Shown here one piece after another: positions 22,920 to 35,195 of a stretch of DNA of 64,000 bases. Position 1 is the first letter of the stretch; each line of letters starts with the position of its first letter. The stretch is from Guillardia theta CCMP2712 (taxonomy: Eukaryota > Protista > Cryptophyta). The notes beneath the pieces were generated by a model. It worked only from the letters and a program-made list of their open reading frames with translations. It made no database searches and was not told the DNA's origin. The stretch spans positions 682,016-746,015 of the forward strand of contig NW_005434670.1 in assembly GCF_000315625.1 (NCBI RefSeq), given 5' to 3'. A program made the translations under genes and the position numbers.

Positions 22920-23606
22920 ATGAGGAGCTGGTCTTCTGTTTTGAAGCTGTCGACGGAGAACGAGCTGATAAGCTCAGCAAGCATATCTGAAGAAGACGTG
23001 GATGCTGATGCAAAACCATTTGCCTTTGCTGAAGCTCCCAAACGGAGGCACGTCTGGACTGAATCTGCTCGAGAGCAGCACAAGCAAGCTTGCAAGGCTA
23101 AGGGGAAACTTACCCTCGGACAAAAACTTGAGATTGTGCGTAGGCATGAAGCCAGAGACCCTGAGGATCACAAGACCCAAGCACAACTTGCTGCAATGTT
23201 TGGAAAGAGCAGATCAGCAATTTCAAAGATTCTTCGTCCAGAAAATATCTCCAAATTGAAGAAGATTTCGGATACTGGAATTCACCCCGGTGTCAAGAGA
23301 TTCTCGCCCGCACAGCACCCTGAGCTTGAGAAAAGGATGCATCAATTCGCCCTTGAGGCTGCCAGCAGGGGAGTCTGCAGAAGGGCACAACTCTGCAAAT
23401 GCGCAGAAACCATTGCGAAGGAAATGGGCATCTCCAACTTTCGGGCAACTCATGGATGGTATTCGAGATTCGTCAGGCGCCATGGTTTGGCAAAATCACC
23501 GAGGGAAAGCGCGACATCGCCAGTGCTGACGGCAACTGCCTCGAACGAAATGGATCTGGTCAGGGGGAATAGCTCTTCATCGATATCTACAGTTGGTGAT
23601 GAGTGA
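22920..23606 (+). CDS. CENP-B/pogo-type double-HTH DNA-binding protein lacking a DDE domain
   Basis: KLTLGQKLEIV..TQAQLAAMFGKSRSAISKIL (psq-type HTH) + HPELEKRMHQF..AETIAKEMGISNFRATHGWYSRFVRRHGL (CENP-B HTH); intronless; in-frame upstream ATG at 22830 is possible. Confidence 0.85.
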   Translation: MRSWSSVLKLSTENELISSASISEEDVDADAKPFAFAEAPKRRHVWTESAREQHKQACKAKGKLTLGQKLEIVRRHEARDPEDHKTQAQLAAMFGKSRSAISKILRPENISKLKKISDTGIHPGVKRFSPAQHPELEKRMHQFALEAASRGVCRRAQLCKCAETIAKEMGISNFRATHGWYSRFVRRHGLAKSPRESATSPVLTATASNEMDLVRGNSSSSISTVGDE

Positions 23607-23911
23607 AGACTGGACGGAGATCTCTTCTGTTATGAACGTAACTGCTCTTTCTGTAAAATGATGCCGGAAAGTACTATCGTTTTTCTCTTTGATATATAAA
23701 GATTTGTCCTAAATCAGCTATGAGAATGCTTCCCAACATGATGAGCATCAGTAATCTCCTTCCTCCTTCGATCTTCATCCCTTCAGCGCACCATCCGTAC
23801 GACATGAACTACGTCATCTAGGTAGCAAATTCCGTCACGTCGCAATTTCCCAATTGCTCGTTCTTGTTCGTTACAAAATCTATAACCGTACAATGCAGAG
23901 GTGATAGGCGA

Positions 23912-25320
23912 ATGCTGCCTTGGCGGCATCGTAGCAGGGGTCGAGGATGGAGCTTGTCGCACTGGCTTGTGCTCGCCATACTGGCCCTCGTCGCTCAGCT
24001 GGTCTTGATCGGTCAAATTTCCTTCGACGTCTCCTCTGCCGTCAAGCTTGAGGGGCTCTTTGAGTTGCAGTCGGGACTCCGAAAGCTCCTCACGCTCCCG
24101 CAGCTGCTGAACACGAGCAGCATGTGGACTGAGAGGAAGAGGAGGGCTTCGAACGAGACTTACCAACACCTGCTGCAGCTGCTTGAAGGGTGCGGAGATC
24201 TGTGCGATCTGGCAGATCGGCTGCATCAGGATGTCGACAAGGTGGCCATGAACTGTACGATGTTATACACAAAGTCCATCGATCCGCCGAAGCTGTCAAG
24301 GAGCAACTCCGTGCACCAGCTCGTGTGGAGATACTTCAGCCACTTCGGCAAAGTCACCATCGACCCCAGACTGATCATCTCTCCTTACATCGGAGGTCTG
24401 CGTCAGGTGCACGGTGTGGAGCTGGGGAGAAGGACGAGGAGGTGGAGCTCCGACAAAGTGCAGCGGCTGATCAGCCAGTGTGAGAATACGAATGCTGCCA
24501 GCTCCTCCATGGTACTGTGATCATCTCGCTGCTGGCATGACATGACGGCTGCGTTGACATCAGCTAGCGTTCAGGCGGGCGCTGAAGCACATGGGGAACG
24601 TAACGGGAAGACACCTGCTGGTTCTGAGCTCAGGGGAGCCTTGGCAGGAAGCGTGTCTGCTCGCAGCTGGAGCCAGGAGCGTCTGGAGGGTCGGGCATGG
24701 GCGAGTGGAGAGCATGCATCCCCGACTAGTCGCTCTCACCCACCTGGAGGCCAACGGCCTGTACGCGCAAGGTAACGGGGGGAGCAGGGGTGCAGCTGAG
24801 GCTCGAGATGCTCATCCTGCTCCCTTGCACTAGGGAAGCTCGGTCCCTTCGATGGGGTTGTGAGCTACAACGAGCTGCAGCATGAAGGGTTCGGAAAGTG
24901 AGTTTTCCTTCTCTTCGCAGCCCCCGTTGAAGGCTGCCTCCAGCTATGGCGAAGTGATCAACCCTATCGCGGACGTCCTCATCATAGGCAGGTGATGTTG
25001 AGCCCGAGCCTGCTCGTCTTGGCCGTCACGCACCAGGATGGCAGGTCTTGGTGTGTCAGCAGGCCGTCGGCAGAGCTCTTGCTGTCGGTGCCGACATGCG
25101 CCATGGATTGTACTGTCCTTGCCTTTGGGTAGCTCCTTGCTCATTCGGCGCTTTCCTGCAGACATTCACTGGCGGGATCACCGATGCTACGGCAAGAGGA
25201 TGCTGCAGAGATTAACGGGGTGAGACGCTCGCTGCCCACTTGCTCCGCGTGTGACCCCGACATGCCAAGATACTGGAAGTCCCTGTCGACCAGCAGGAGC
25301 ACGGTGACTTGTGAAACCTG
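23912..25320 (+). CDS. DUF268-like SAM-methyltransferase-fold protein with an N-terminal TM anchor
   Basis: TM WLVLAILALVAQLVLIG; exons LLVLSSGEPWQEACLLAAGA, FDGVVSYNELQHEGFG, YGEVINPIAD, HRCYGKRML match the DUF268 pattern. The 3' end is approximate. Confidence 0.7.
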
Positions 25321-25672
25321 ACTATGCTGCCGTGTGTAACCGATTGTTGTGTGTTCCTTCCATTCAGATGTTCGAAAGGCTTTCTGTACATGTCTTTCGC
25401 AAGTAAGCCCGACCAAGTTCGAGTTTGCACTCCACGACCTTGTACATGAGCATCTGTAGATACAGTCTGTCTTTGAACTCTCGTCCCATCAAGGATGAGC
25501 AAGCATTCATCTCAGCCTCGTGCTCGCTGTCTCCACCATCACGCCAACCCTTCCCCTCCTGCCTTCAACCTTCCCGGAGTCCATCGGGGCAGACCACCCC
25601 ATTTCCAATTTCACCCCTCAATTTTATGGAGTCTCACTAATATTAGGGGGTGGGGGTACTATCTTCCGAAAG

Positions 25673-27192
25673 ATGAAACATCTTACATGGCGGCCGATGG
25701 CCATAGTGGCCATGGCTGTGCTACTTGGCCACGTACAAGGAGCGCAGAAGCTGGGAAAGGTGCCAGGACTGGATGAAAGCACCAACGACCAGCAGGAGGT
25801 CTGTCTCCCTCCTCCCCTGCCGATGCGTTTGACTCGCAACCCTTGCAGCAAGCCTTCAACAGCGCGGACAAGAACGGGGACAGGAAACTCTCGTTGAGCG
25901 AGTACAAGGAGATGCTGACGCAGGCCATGAAGAGCTATGGTGAATTCAAGTTCGTGCCCTGCAGGTCTGCTGTGACTTCCTGACAGGAAGCGAGGAGGCT
26001 CTGCAGCAGCAAGAGGCGAAGGTCCAGGAGTTGTTCAACAAGCTCGACAAGAACTTGGATGGATCCATCGCTCACGATGAGTGGCTGGTGGCTGTGGCGG
26101 AGGGACAGAAGCAGGCACAAGAAGCTGCAGCCATGCAGGCGGCGGCTCAGGAGACGAAGCTGAAGATGGTGTTTGACGCAGCAGACAGCAACAGGGACGA
26201 GCATTTGGACCTCAACGAGCTGTGGGAGGGGTTCAAGACCTACGGCTATGGCAAGGAGCAGATCGACGTGTTCTTTACTGTCGGTGACCAGGACAAGAAT
26301 GGGCTGCTGAACTTTGAGGTCGTCGCCTCCTCAACTTGCTGTCATCCTCTGCCTGTTGTCACGTCGGACTGGTTCTCATCGGTTTGTGGGCTTGCAGGAA
26401 TTCAAGGTGGGGAGGGAGGGAATGCAAAAGGCCAGGTCAGCCTCCCCGTAGAATCACCGACCCTGCTGACCCTCCTCTTGCAGAGAGGTGGAGGCGATGA
26501 TGGACAGCCTAGGATCTGAGGAGGACCAGCTCAAGGTCAGGGGAGGAGGAGGGTATTCGCCCACTGACATGCCTGCCAGGCCTTCCATGACGCTGATATC
26601 AACAAGGACGGCAGTTTGACTCTCCTCGAGTATCAAAAAGCCTTCGAAGACTTCATGGCGGTGACGGCAGCAGCTGCTCCTCCTCCTCCTTCCCTCATTG
26701 CACTCTGTGTAGGCGGTAGCCGGCGATTCTGCTCCTCAGTCGATCGACGTGGGCCAGGTAAGAAGACAGTCACATGTTTCATTCTACCTGACTCGCACAA
26801 GATCGCCGAGATGTACAAGGGCTACGACACGGATGGCAACGGAGGTTTCATCCTCCCCTCTCCTCCCCCTTTTCTCAACAGCTTTTCCCGCTCGCTCTCC
26901 TCGCCTCCTCCTTTCATTCATGCTTGCCTTACGGTGCTCGGCAGGTGTGTCGCTGGAAGAGTGGAAAGCAGCGGTGAAGACCAACATGGTACAAGAGGAG
27001 CAAGACGGACGCGAGGCGACGGAGGACCTGACGGTCTGCACAGGCGAGAACGCAAGCAGAGCGAGAGGCTCTCAAGAGTTCCTCTCAGGGAGCCATCTAA
27101 CGCCCGGTGACACTAAAAGCTCTCTCCCAGCAGCCTTCACTCGTATCGCTTCATGCACAACCAGAGATGTCCCTGCCCTCAGCTTCTCTTGA
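25673..27192 (+). CDS. Secretory-pathway multi-EF-hand Ca2+-binding protein (about 6 EF hands)
   Basis: Signal peptide MAIVAMAVLLGHVQGA; loops DKNGDRKLSLSE, DKNLDGSIAHDE, DSNRDEHLDLNE, DQDKNGLLNFEE, DINKDGSLTLLE, DTDGNGGVSLEE. Confidence 0.85.
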
Positions 27193-28768
27193 CCGTTCTC
27201 ACACGCGGGCTTGACCCTTGGATGTCTCCGATGTAGTTTGTCGTCCTGTACTGTTTGGGGGTGAAGGGAGTAACGCGCTGCCCATCAGTGAGGAGGAGGG
27301 AAAAGCAGGCAGCGCTCCTTACCGACGAGAATTTGCCGAGACTTCCTGGCTGAGAGCCTTCAACGTCTAGCTCATCGTCATGTGACGCAACTCGCTCTCC
27401 TCCCCTCACCTTCGTTTCTCAGCATGTACTCCCTGTAGGTGATGTCCCCTCGTCGTCCTGGCGTGTCGTGGAAAACAGGACCTGGAGGGCACAGGAAGCG
27501 TGAGGTAGAGGCCTGACGGGCTGAGCTCACCCATGTAGAATCGGCTGCTCCTGGCGTTGTCGATCTTGCCGATCGTCCAGTTCTTTCTCATCTCGTCGGT
27601 GACGGCAACCCCCTGACTGTGGTTGGCACTGAAATCAGCCTGATGGACTTGCACGTCACAAAACATCGTCGTCAGCCTCGTCACGACTCACCTGGTGGGG
27701 GATGTTGTAGCGATACTCGGGCGTCAGAGGATTGGTGCAGCGAGAAGACTTGCTGAAGTCGAAAGGCAGTCGTTTCCTCTCCTCCACAGGCTCCTTGGGC
27801 CGTCGACCGCTCCTCTCTGCCCCTCCAGCATGCTTGTGAGCCTGGGGTGAACATGAGCCATACCGAAGGAGAGGAGCAGCAGTCAAGGCACCTGCTCGAG
27901 GTCAGATGAGCTCCACTTGACGAACTCCCGCTCGTTTCCTTGTGGACATGCTGTCAACATGACACTTGTGACAACGTCCTGAAGCACCAGGAGAGGCGAA
28001 GAGTTGCCTCTTCTTCTCGCCCATGATGTCTTTGCAGAACAGAGGATCTCGGATGAAGCGGGGGGGTACGATCTCAACCTTCCTGAGCAACCATGTATCA
28101 GCTCGTATTTTGATCGTGAGGGAAGGATCTTCACCTGCTCTGCGGCCAGTCGTACTCCGGGCAGAGAGGGTTTCTCGGATCGCTCCTCCTGCTTTCTCTG
28201 TTCCTCGGCGACGCTCCCTCGATGTCGTTCGTCTGCAAGGACAGAGACTGTACCGCACGTCAACAAGCAGCAGTTCTCCACACATCTCCGCTGCTTCACC
28301 AGTCTCGGTTTCCTCATCTTCCCTGCCGAGGTTGAATTCAGAGCGATGAAGCTTTTCTGTTTACAGATCTCAGAGCACGTTCAACTCAGTCGCAATGTCA
28401 GTGTCGGGTTTCCCTACTCACATCGGACGAACTTGCAGTGAGTTTCCTCGAAGAATGTCCGCGGTCATCAGCCGTCTCAGCGTCAAGCTTGACGGGTCTA
28501 CAAGTGATTGTCATGTGGCTGCAGTGAGGCAGTAAGAGCATCACTCGAGCGACGTGCGGTTGCTCGAGCTTCTCTTCGCTTTCACTGCGTTGGGCTGCCC
28601 AACAAGAACACGGTGAGAGGGAGCAGCAGGAGAGAAGTAGCTCAGTACAAGGGTAGCAAGAGACATGCTGCGATAGTCTGTCTTCTGCTCTGTTGTTTGA
28701 CGCTGCTTTTCCACATTTGCAAGGAACTCGTTGGAGATGCACGGGTTCTCCAAAAGGGTGGAGTCCAT
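27179..28768 (-). CDS. Hypothetical multi-exon protein with repeated DIEGaxP...NPLxPxY motifs
   Basis: Exons give NDIEGASPR..RNPLCPEYDW, TNPLTPEYRY, DVEGSQPG and DIQGSSPR. Start and end are approximate. Confidence 0.6.
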
Positions 28769-29412
28769 GGCAGCTGAGAAACAGCTGGGCCCTGCCCGCT
28801 CCTTTCAGCTGAGCGCTGTGGTCTCCTTGCGATTGAGCATCATGATACCCTCGATCCTCTCCTGCTGAACCCGATCACTGAGTTGCAATGAGAGAGAGGG
28901 AGGGAGGTCAGAACATGACGGCAAAACACGAGTCTAAGCAACCACTACCATGCTAACTCTGCCGTGATAGTAATCCTTAGCAACTGATCAGAGTCTGAGC
29001 GGCTTGTCTTTGCACGGCACTGCCGCGGCAGTGACTGAGTAAGCAGCCGGCACTGAGGTGAGAAGTTCCGAAGTTCGACCGCCGCCATGGTGCCCTTAGT
29101 ATGACAGCTGGGCGCCGGTGCCACGGTCGGATCACTGTCACTGTCACGTGAGTACGACGGTCTTGACTCCCTCGCGTCTCCTTCGCCTCCTCCTCCTCGT
29201 CTCTCCTCCTTCCCTTCCTCCCGTCTCACCTGTACGGTAGCAACCGTGACCGTACATTATTTACTCAAAGTTAAGTTAAACATCAGACACTACTCAGTAC
29301 TGCCGGCCCCGGCGGCCGCCCTGACACAGTGATCATCATGGCAGTTAGACCCGTTATACATACATACATACATCTAACCGTTACTTACGGGCATGTGAGG
29401 GGATGTGGATAA

Positions 29413-30820
29413 TTATCTCACCCCGGCGTTTCGCGCAGGTATGGCAGTATGTGAGCGAGAACTGGAAGGAGGCGGGGAGGGGTCGGGAGAGGATGATATC
29501 TGGTGGATGACCTGTGATCTGTAGGCGACAGGATGGACCCTGTGTTTCCTCTGTTCGCTCTGACAGCAGCGGCGGGAACAGCTGTCGTCTATCAAGAGGA
29601 GGAGAAGAGAAAGCAACCAGCCGCTGAAACCGAAGCTCGGGACCAAGACGACTTCAGCGAGCCAACATACAACTGCGACTACTCGTTTGCAGGTAGATGA
29701 TTGTTGATCTCTGCTGGCTCCATGGCTGCAACTGATGAGTGCGCAACAGTGACAGGGGGGTGGTGACGATAGGATAGGACGGTAGGCCCAGGAGGTTGTG
29801 TTGAACCTGGTGTGTAGAGTTTTGTAATAGAAACACAAAAACCCATTATGAATGAGTCAGGAAAAGAAAGAAGGATGCAGCAAAGGAAACATGTTGGGAA
29901 ATGATTCCACTCGTCTTCTAGCAAACAAGTTAAGATGATTCCACGTCACTCTTGTCCTGGTCCTGTTCAGGTCGCTCCGTGGTGCAGTTTGCAAGTTCCA
30001 CAGACAGGACAACACTGCAGATTCCAGGTCAGACTTGTTGCAGAAGAACACGATGCATGATGAACGTACCCCGAGATGTAGAGATCGAACGCGATCGGAG
30101 GAACGCTCTCGTTCCAGACTGAAAGGGCAATTTTCAGAGGTGGGCCGGGAATCATGCATATGGACAGCACTCACTCTGTTGTCGCTGCACGGGAGCCTGT
30201 AAAGCTTGCAGAAAGATTTCCGGCAGATTTGCCGAGAAGTACTCGCTGCGCCGGCTCATTGTGCTCACAACGCTCAGTCTAGCTCTTATTTGTCGAGCCG
30301 CATTGCGCTGATAGCCCCCCCGCATGCAGAACAGATAAACTGCTCCTGCAAACACAGCAACCCCAGGGACAATGTAGAAGAGCAGAGAAGACTTGGAGCC
30401 TTCTTTCCTTGCCTGCAAGAAATCAAAAGGTCAACCAGGAAGCACATTGCCTCTTAGGTTGAAACACAGCTTACCTCATCAGTGTAGTCGATACATCCGT
30501 CGTACTCCATGGAATTGTTGTTCTCTTTACATTCATTCAACTGAAAAGAGACAGGGCATTCAGTTCAATGCACATCTCCGCTATCCATGCTGCAAAGGAA
30601 ACCAACCTCTCCGTTGTTCTTGTTTACTTTGCAGACCTTGTTTCCCGTTTTCCATCGACAGGTGCAGCCACCTCTGAAATTGACATCATAAATATGGCGA
30701 AATAAACAAACATTCATTCCAAAGCATGAATAGATTGAATTTATGCAGTTCAAACCCTCAAAGAACACCAAGAATGCTTTCGTTACCTGCAGCATTCCCC
30801 GTTTGTCCATGCCCAGCAAC
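29413..30820 (-). CDS. Hypothetical multi-exon protein with a single TM helix
   Basis: Fragmented ORFs with splice-like junctions; TM LLFYIVPGVAVFAGAVYLFCM followed by basic residues. Confidence 0.4.
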
Positions 30821-31529
30821 TTGGAACACCTAGTTTTCTTCGGTCAAAACAGTAACGAAGTGCAATGGAAACAAAACGACATATTCTCTACAGACCTTGG
30901 CATTGTTGAAAGGCGTTTGATCTGCATACCGAACCGCAGCAAGAGAACACCTCTTGTGGTAAGGCTGTGTGTAGTAGCCCACATTGCGTCAAAAGAAAAA
31001 GAAAAAACCCGGATGGTGTCATTAAAGTCCGCAAGCAACGGTCTAGGCACATGGCAGCTCAAAAGATCTCCGTCCTCTCCTCGAGGTCGCAAGCTCTGCC
31101 CTGCCTGGTCAGGCTTGTCTGCATGGAGCCATGGCCTTGGGAATGTTTTGACCACACTGGGTGGGGTACTTTCAACTGGAAACAAGCCTTCGGTAGCATG
31201 GTAGGGTGGGTGAGTTGAACAATGCTAAAATGGACGAGGGAGGGGTACTTTTCAAGGTAAATTCAGCGGTACTTTGTGAAGATAGGGTATGTGCATCAGT
31301 TGTACCCGGGGAGAAAAAGATGGGTGGGATTGCAGAAGGATGAAGATCAGTAAAAAAGGGTAGGGTACTTGGCTGGAAAATTGAGGGTGGGGGTGTATTT
31401 ACAGGTATTCGCAATCAGCGTTTGCTGCTGGTGACTTGAGGGGCAGATTGATTTAATTCAAACGATTCAGTCGATTACTTTTGATTCTATTCCATTCAAA
31501 CCGCGTTGGCCCCAGTCGGGGCGACTGCA

Positions 31530-33541
31530 ATGCGGTCAGCACTCAAGGAGGCGGCAGAGGCGGCGAAGGAGGAGGCGGCACGAAGAGTAGCAGCCGTGTT
31601 GAGAGAAGTCGGCTATCAAGCACGGGACGAGGAGGATGAGGATGGCGACGATGCAGAAGACTTTGATCAGGATCTCGAAGAGGAGGACCACGTCGTGGAG
31701 TGGAACTACAAAGGATCCCCTCCGTCGCATTGGGACCTGCGAACATGGCTGCATGAGGAAGTCAGGCTGGAGACAGAGATAAACAAATTCTTTGGTAGAT
31801 TCATACAAGAGAAGAGATACTCGAGTGGGAGCGGAGAGACTGGTCCTGTGAAGAGACTGGAAATGGGTGGGCTGACAGAGCACGACGTGAGGAGGTTGTT
31901 TGAATCAGCCTTGCCAGTCCTCGTCTCCAAAGTCTGTGACGCAGTGAGAGACCTGATGGAAGATCCCTCTCCTTCAGACACTACGCCGTCCAGCAAGTGT
32001 TTCCTAGACGCGTCGATCTTGACGAGCAAGCGGCGCCACGAGATCAACTTCTGGCAAGGGGACAGCTCACTGCAGCTCGCGGCGATGCAAGCAGAGCACT
32101 GCTTCTCGCTGGACTCGGACATGCTGCTGAGGTTCGAGCATGACAACATGCTCCTCTCCTCCACCCCCCGGGAGGAGTGGGAGATCGTCGCTGGCCCGCA
32201 CGCCCTCAACTTCGATGGAACCTTTGACTTGAGTTCGGTGCCTCCGCAAGAAGGTGGGAGCGGACAAGGGAGGAAGGGGAGGTCAGTGATCTCCATCAAA
32301 GACCTCATGGAAACCTCCATCGTCGATCTCTCAGATGGGAGCTCGCTCAGCGAGGAGGAGGTGGTGGCGCTGCGCCTGTGGACTGGCCCCATGCACATCA
32401 AGTACAACGCGGCGCTGACAGGGGAGCCGCACGAGGTCGCTGCCTCTCTGCTCGGAAACTCATACAGCACGACCATCCAGATGATCAAGAGCGCGATGTT
32501 GAAGCTCGCCGCTCACCGGAAGCTCACGGTGGAGAGATGTTACGTCGTGATGGAGAGTTGCGGAGAACTCCGAAGGATCGACAAGACAGGCGAGGAAGCA
32601 TTGTAGATGCAAGTGGGGATGATTGTGATGATGGAACTCGTTCGGGATGGTGACGGTGATGGTGACGACAGTGTTGATGTTCCATTGCAAGGAGGAGCAG
32701 AGATAGGAACAGAAGAACTAGTTGTTGACTCGGGCATATGCAGGAACGAGGGGGTACACCAGCAAGGGCTTCGTCTCGGCGACCCGGAACAAGCTCTCCG
32801 CCATGGCTCTGTCAGCAGCCGGGGTGGGGAAGGGAAACAGGCAGCAGGAGAGAACCCCACGAACCTCCATGGACCTGCTGGGGACAGTTGGAGTCGTCGA
32901 GCTGAGACGGTGCAGCTTCGCCGCGGACCTCTCTCTCTTCTCGCAGTTTCCCGACGAGGAGGAGGTCTTCAATCTTTTATACCCTCCTCTTCTCCTTCCT
33001 CCCTGTTCCCTCCAACACCGCCTCCTCCTTCTAGTCCTAGTCCTTGTCCTTGTCCTCCGCCTGGTCCTCGTTTTCCTGTACTCATTGCCCTTCTCCTCCT
33101 CGTTTTCCTCCTCCTCCTCGTTTTCCTCCTCCTCCTCCTCCTCCTCCTCCACCTGCTACTACTACTACTACCACTCCCACTACTGCTTCTCAGTATCATC
33201 ACTGACACGGGCTCAGATTCTCCTTCCTCCGGGAACTTTTCTCGAGTTCGGCAAACAAGTCTCCATCCCCGGCAGAATTCGCTTCCTCCCCATCCTCGCG
33301 TGCCAACTTCCTGACACTTCGTCCTATGAGGAGGCAAAACCGCCGCTGCTGGTGGCAGGAAAGATGCTAGTGAGTCGAGAGGAGAGGAGAGGAGAGGAGG
33401 GGAGGGGTCTTACAAAACCACACAGGAGGAGTCTCTCCGCCAAGAGTTGTACCTCCTGGGAAAGTGTTCTCTTGACCTCAAGGGCAAGTTGGTGGAAGAG
33501 GGAGAGAAGAAGTTGGAGGAGGTGATGGCGAATCTGGTTGT

Positions 33542-33584
<43 letters not shown>

Positions 33585-35028
33585 TCGCCTGTTACAGGTC
33601 GGCAGCCTGTCTCCTTCTTTTCCTCCGTCTTCCATCGCTTCTTCCTCTCCTTTGCCGAGAGCCTTCAGGCAATTCTTGACAACTCAGTCAAGTCCTTGGA
33701 GGAGGAGGAAGAGCTCCAGTCCGGGAGGAAGCTGCTGCTCTTCCTCGCGTGCTTGTCTGCTCATGGTTCTCTCCGCCAACTCCAGCGGACGCCGTCGGAG
33801 CAGGACCTGCTGCTTCATGCTAAGTTCATTCGATTCGTCGAGTCCAACAACCTGCGTGAGGAGAGGAGGAGGAGACGAGGAGACGAGGACTAGGGCGATG
33901 GAGGATTGGGAGCTTGTCGGTTGGGAGTGAGCAAAGATGAGGACGTTGACGAATGAGGACAGAAGAGGGAGAGGGAGAGGGAGAGGGAGAGGGAGAGGGA
34001 GAGGGAGAGGGAGAGGGGGAGAGATAGGAGGAGCGAGAGGCAGCTGTTGTCGATACTCCCTTGTTGTTTTCTGACTTTCACGCAGACATCACAACCTTGC
34101 AGCTATGCGACCTTTACTCTGAGTTTGCCGTGATGGTCAGAAAAGCGGTTAGTCACCAGGAGGTTGTTGCGAGGGAGGGGGGGGTTAGGGTTTGCACGAG
34201 GACGAGGATGGGGGGACCAGGGGGGAGGGGGGGGTAGGGGCGTCGATGCTGTCTGTCACTTGACTTGGTGCTGCAGGGTGACTTGGAGCTTGCCGAGTGG
34301 CTGCTGGAGGAGGTGCTGAAGAGGAGGAAGAAAGAGCTCGGGGAGGGCCACATGCTGGCGGTAGCGACGATGAACAACCTCGCAAACGTGTACCAGAGCT
34401 GGGGGAAGGAGGACAAGGCGATCGGCATGTACAAGGATGCTCGGGCAGCTCTAGAGCTGCGGTATGGCCCTCGGAATGAGCACCTCCCGGCCATGCTGAA
34501 CAACATGGCCATGCTCTTCCGCAGGAAGAATCAGATCAAGTGAGACGGGGAGGGGGAGAGGGGGAGGAGATGAGGAGTAGAAGAGAGGGGGGAGAGGAGC
34601 ATGCGGAGCTCTCACAGTGACAGCAGGAGAGCAGCTGACCTCTACCTAGAGGCTCTTGACATCAGCCTGAGGTGGAAGGGGGTCAACCATGCTGATCTCG
34701 CTGACCTCCTTTACAACCTCGCTGCTCTCTACGCCAGCGTTGGGGACAGGTACGATGCCCTTTCCTTCCTTTCTCTCCTGTCCTTGTCTTCTCCCTCTCT
34801 CCTTCAGGATCCTGCCTTTGTTCCCTCCCTCTGCACGACTTGCACTTCTCCCCGGTTGATCGATGGAGCAGGGCAACAGCGGGGCCTCTGTTTCAACGTG
34901 CAGCACAACTGCATGCATCCAAGTACGGGTGGGAGCACGAGCTTGCTAAGGACGCGAAGATGAAGGCGAGCAAGTGCCTGGGGAGGAAGGAAGAGGAGGA
35001 ATCCTCTTCCTCGCTGATGCTTCGTTGA
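31530..35028 (+). CDS. ADP-ribosyltransferase-like (ART) domain + polyQ + C-terminal TPR (kinesin-light-chain-like) protein
   Basis: AEHC..TPREEWEIV; EEVVALRLWTGPMHIKYNAAL; YSTTIQMIKSAMLKL; GFVSAT; AADLSLFSQFPDEEE|ILLPPGT; TPRs LAVATMNNLANVYQSWG, AMLNNMAMLF, DLLYNLAALY. Confidence 0.72.
33543..33582 (+). repeat. (CAG)13 coding polyglutamine tract
   Basis: Directly visible; in frame within the ART/TPR gene. Confidence 0.9.
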
Positions 35029-35195
35029 TCACACCAAGTTGATTTACCATCCCTCGTTACTACCTTCCTCCACCTCCTCTTCCTCCTGTTCTCCTCCTTG
35101 TCCTCATCCCCTCCTTGTCTTCTTCTTCCACCGTCTTCCTGGGTTAATCTCACCTCCTTTCAACTTTGCCTTCTCGTCCTTGATCCGCCTCTCAC

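Noticed and set aside
22830-23606. Active Tigger/pogo transposon
   Set aside because: No DDE domain, and no TIRs or TA duplication seen.
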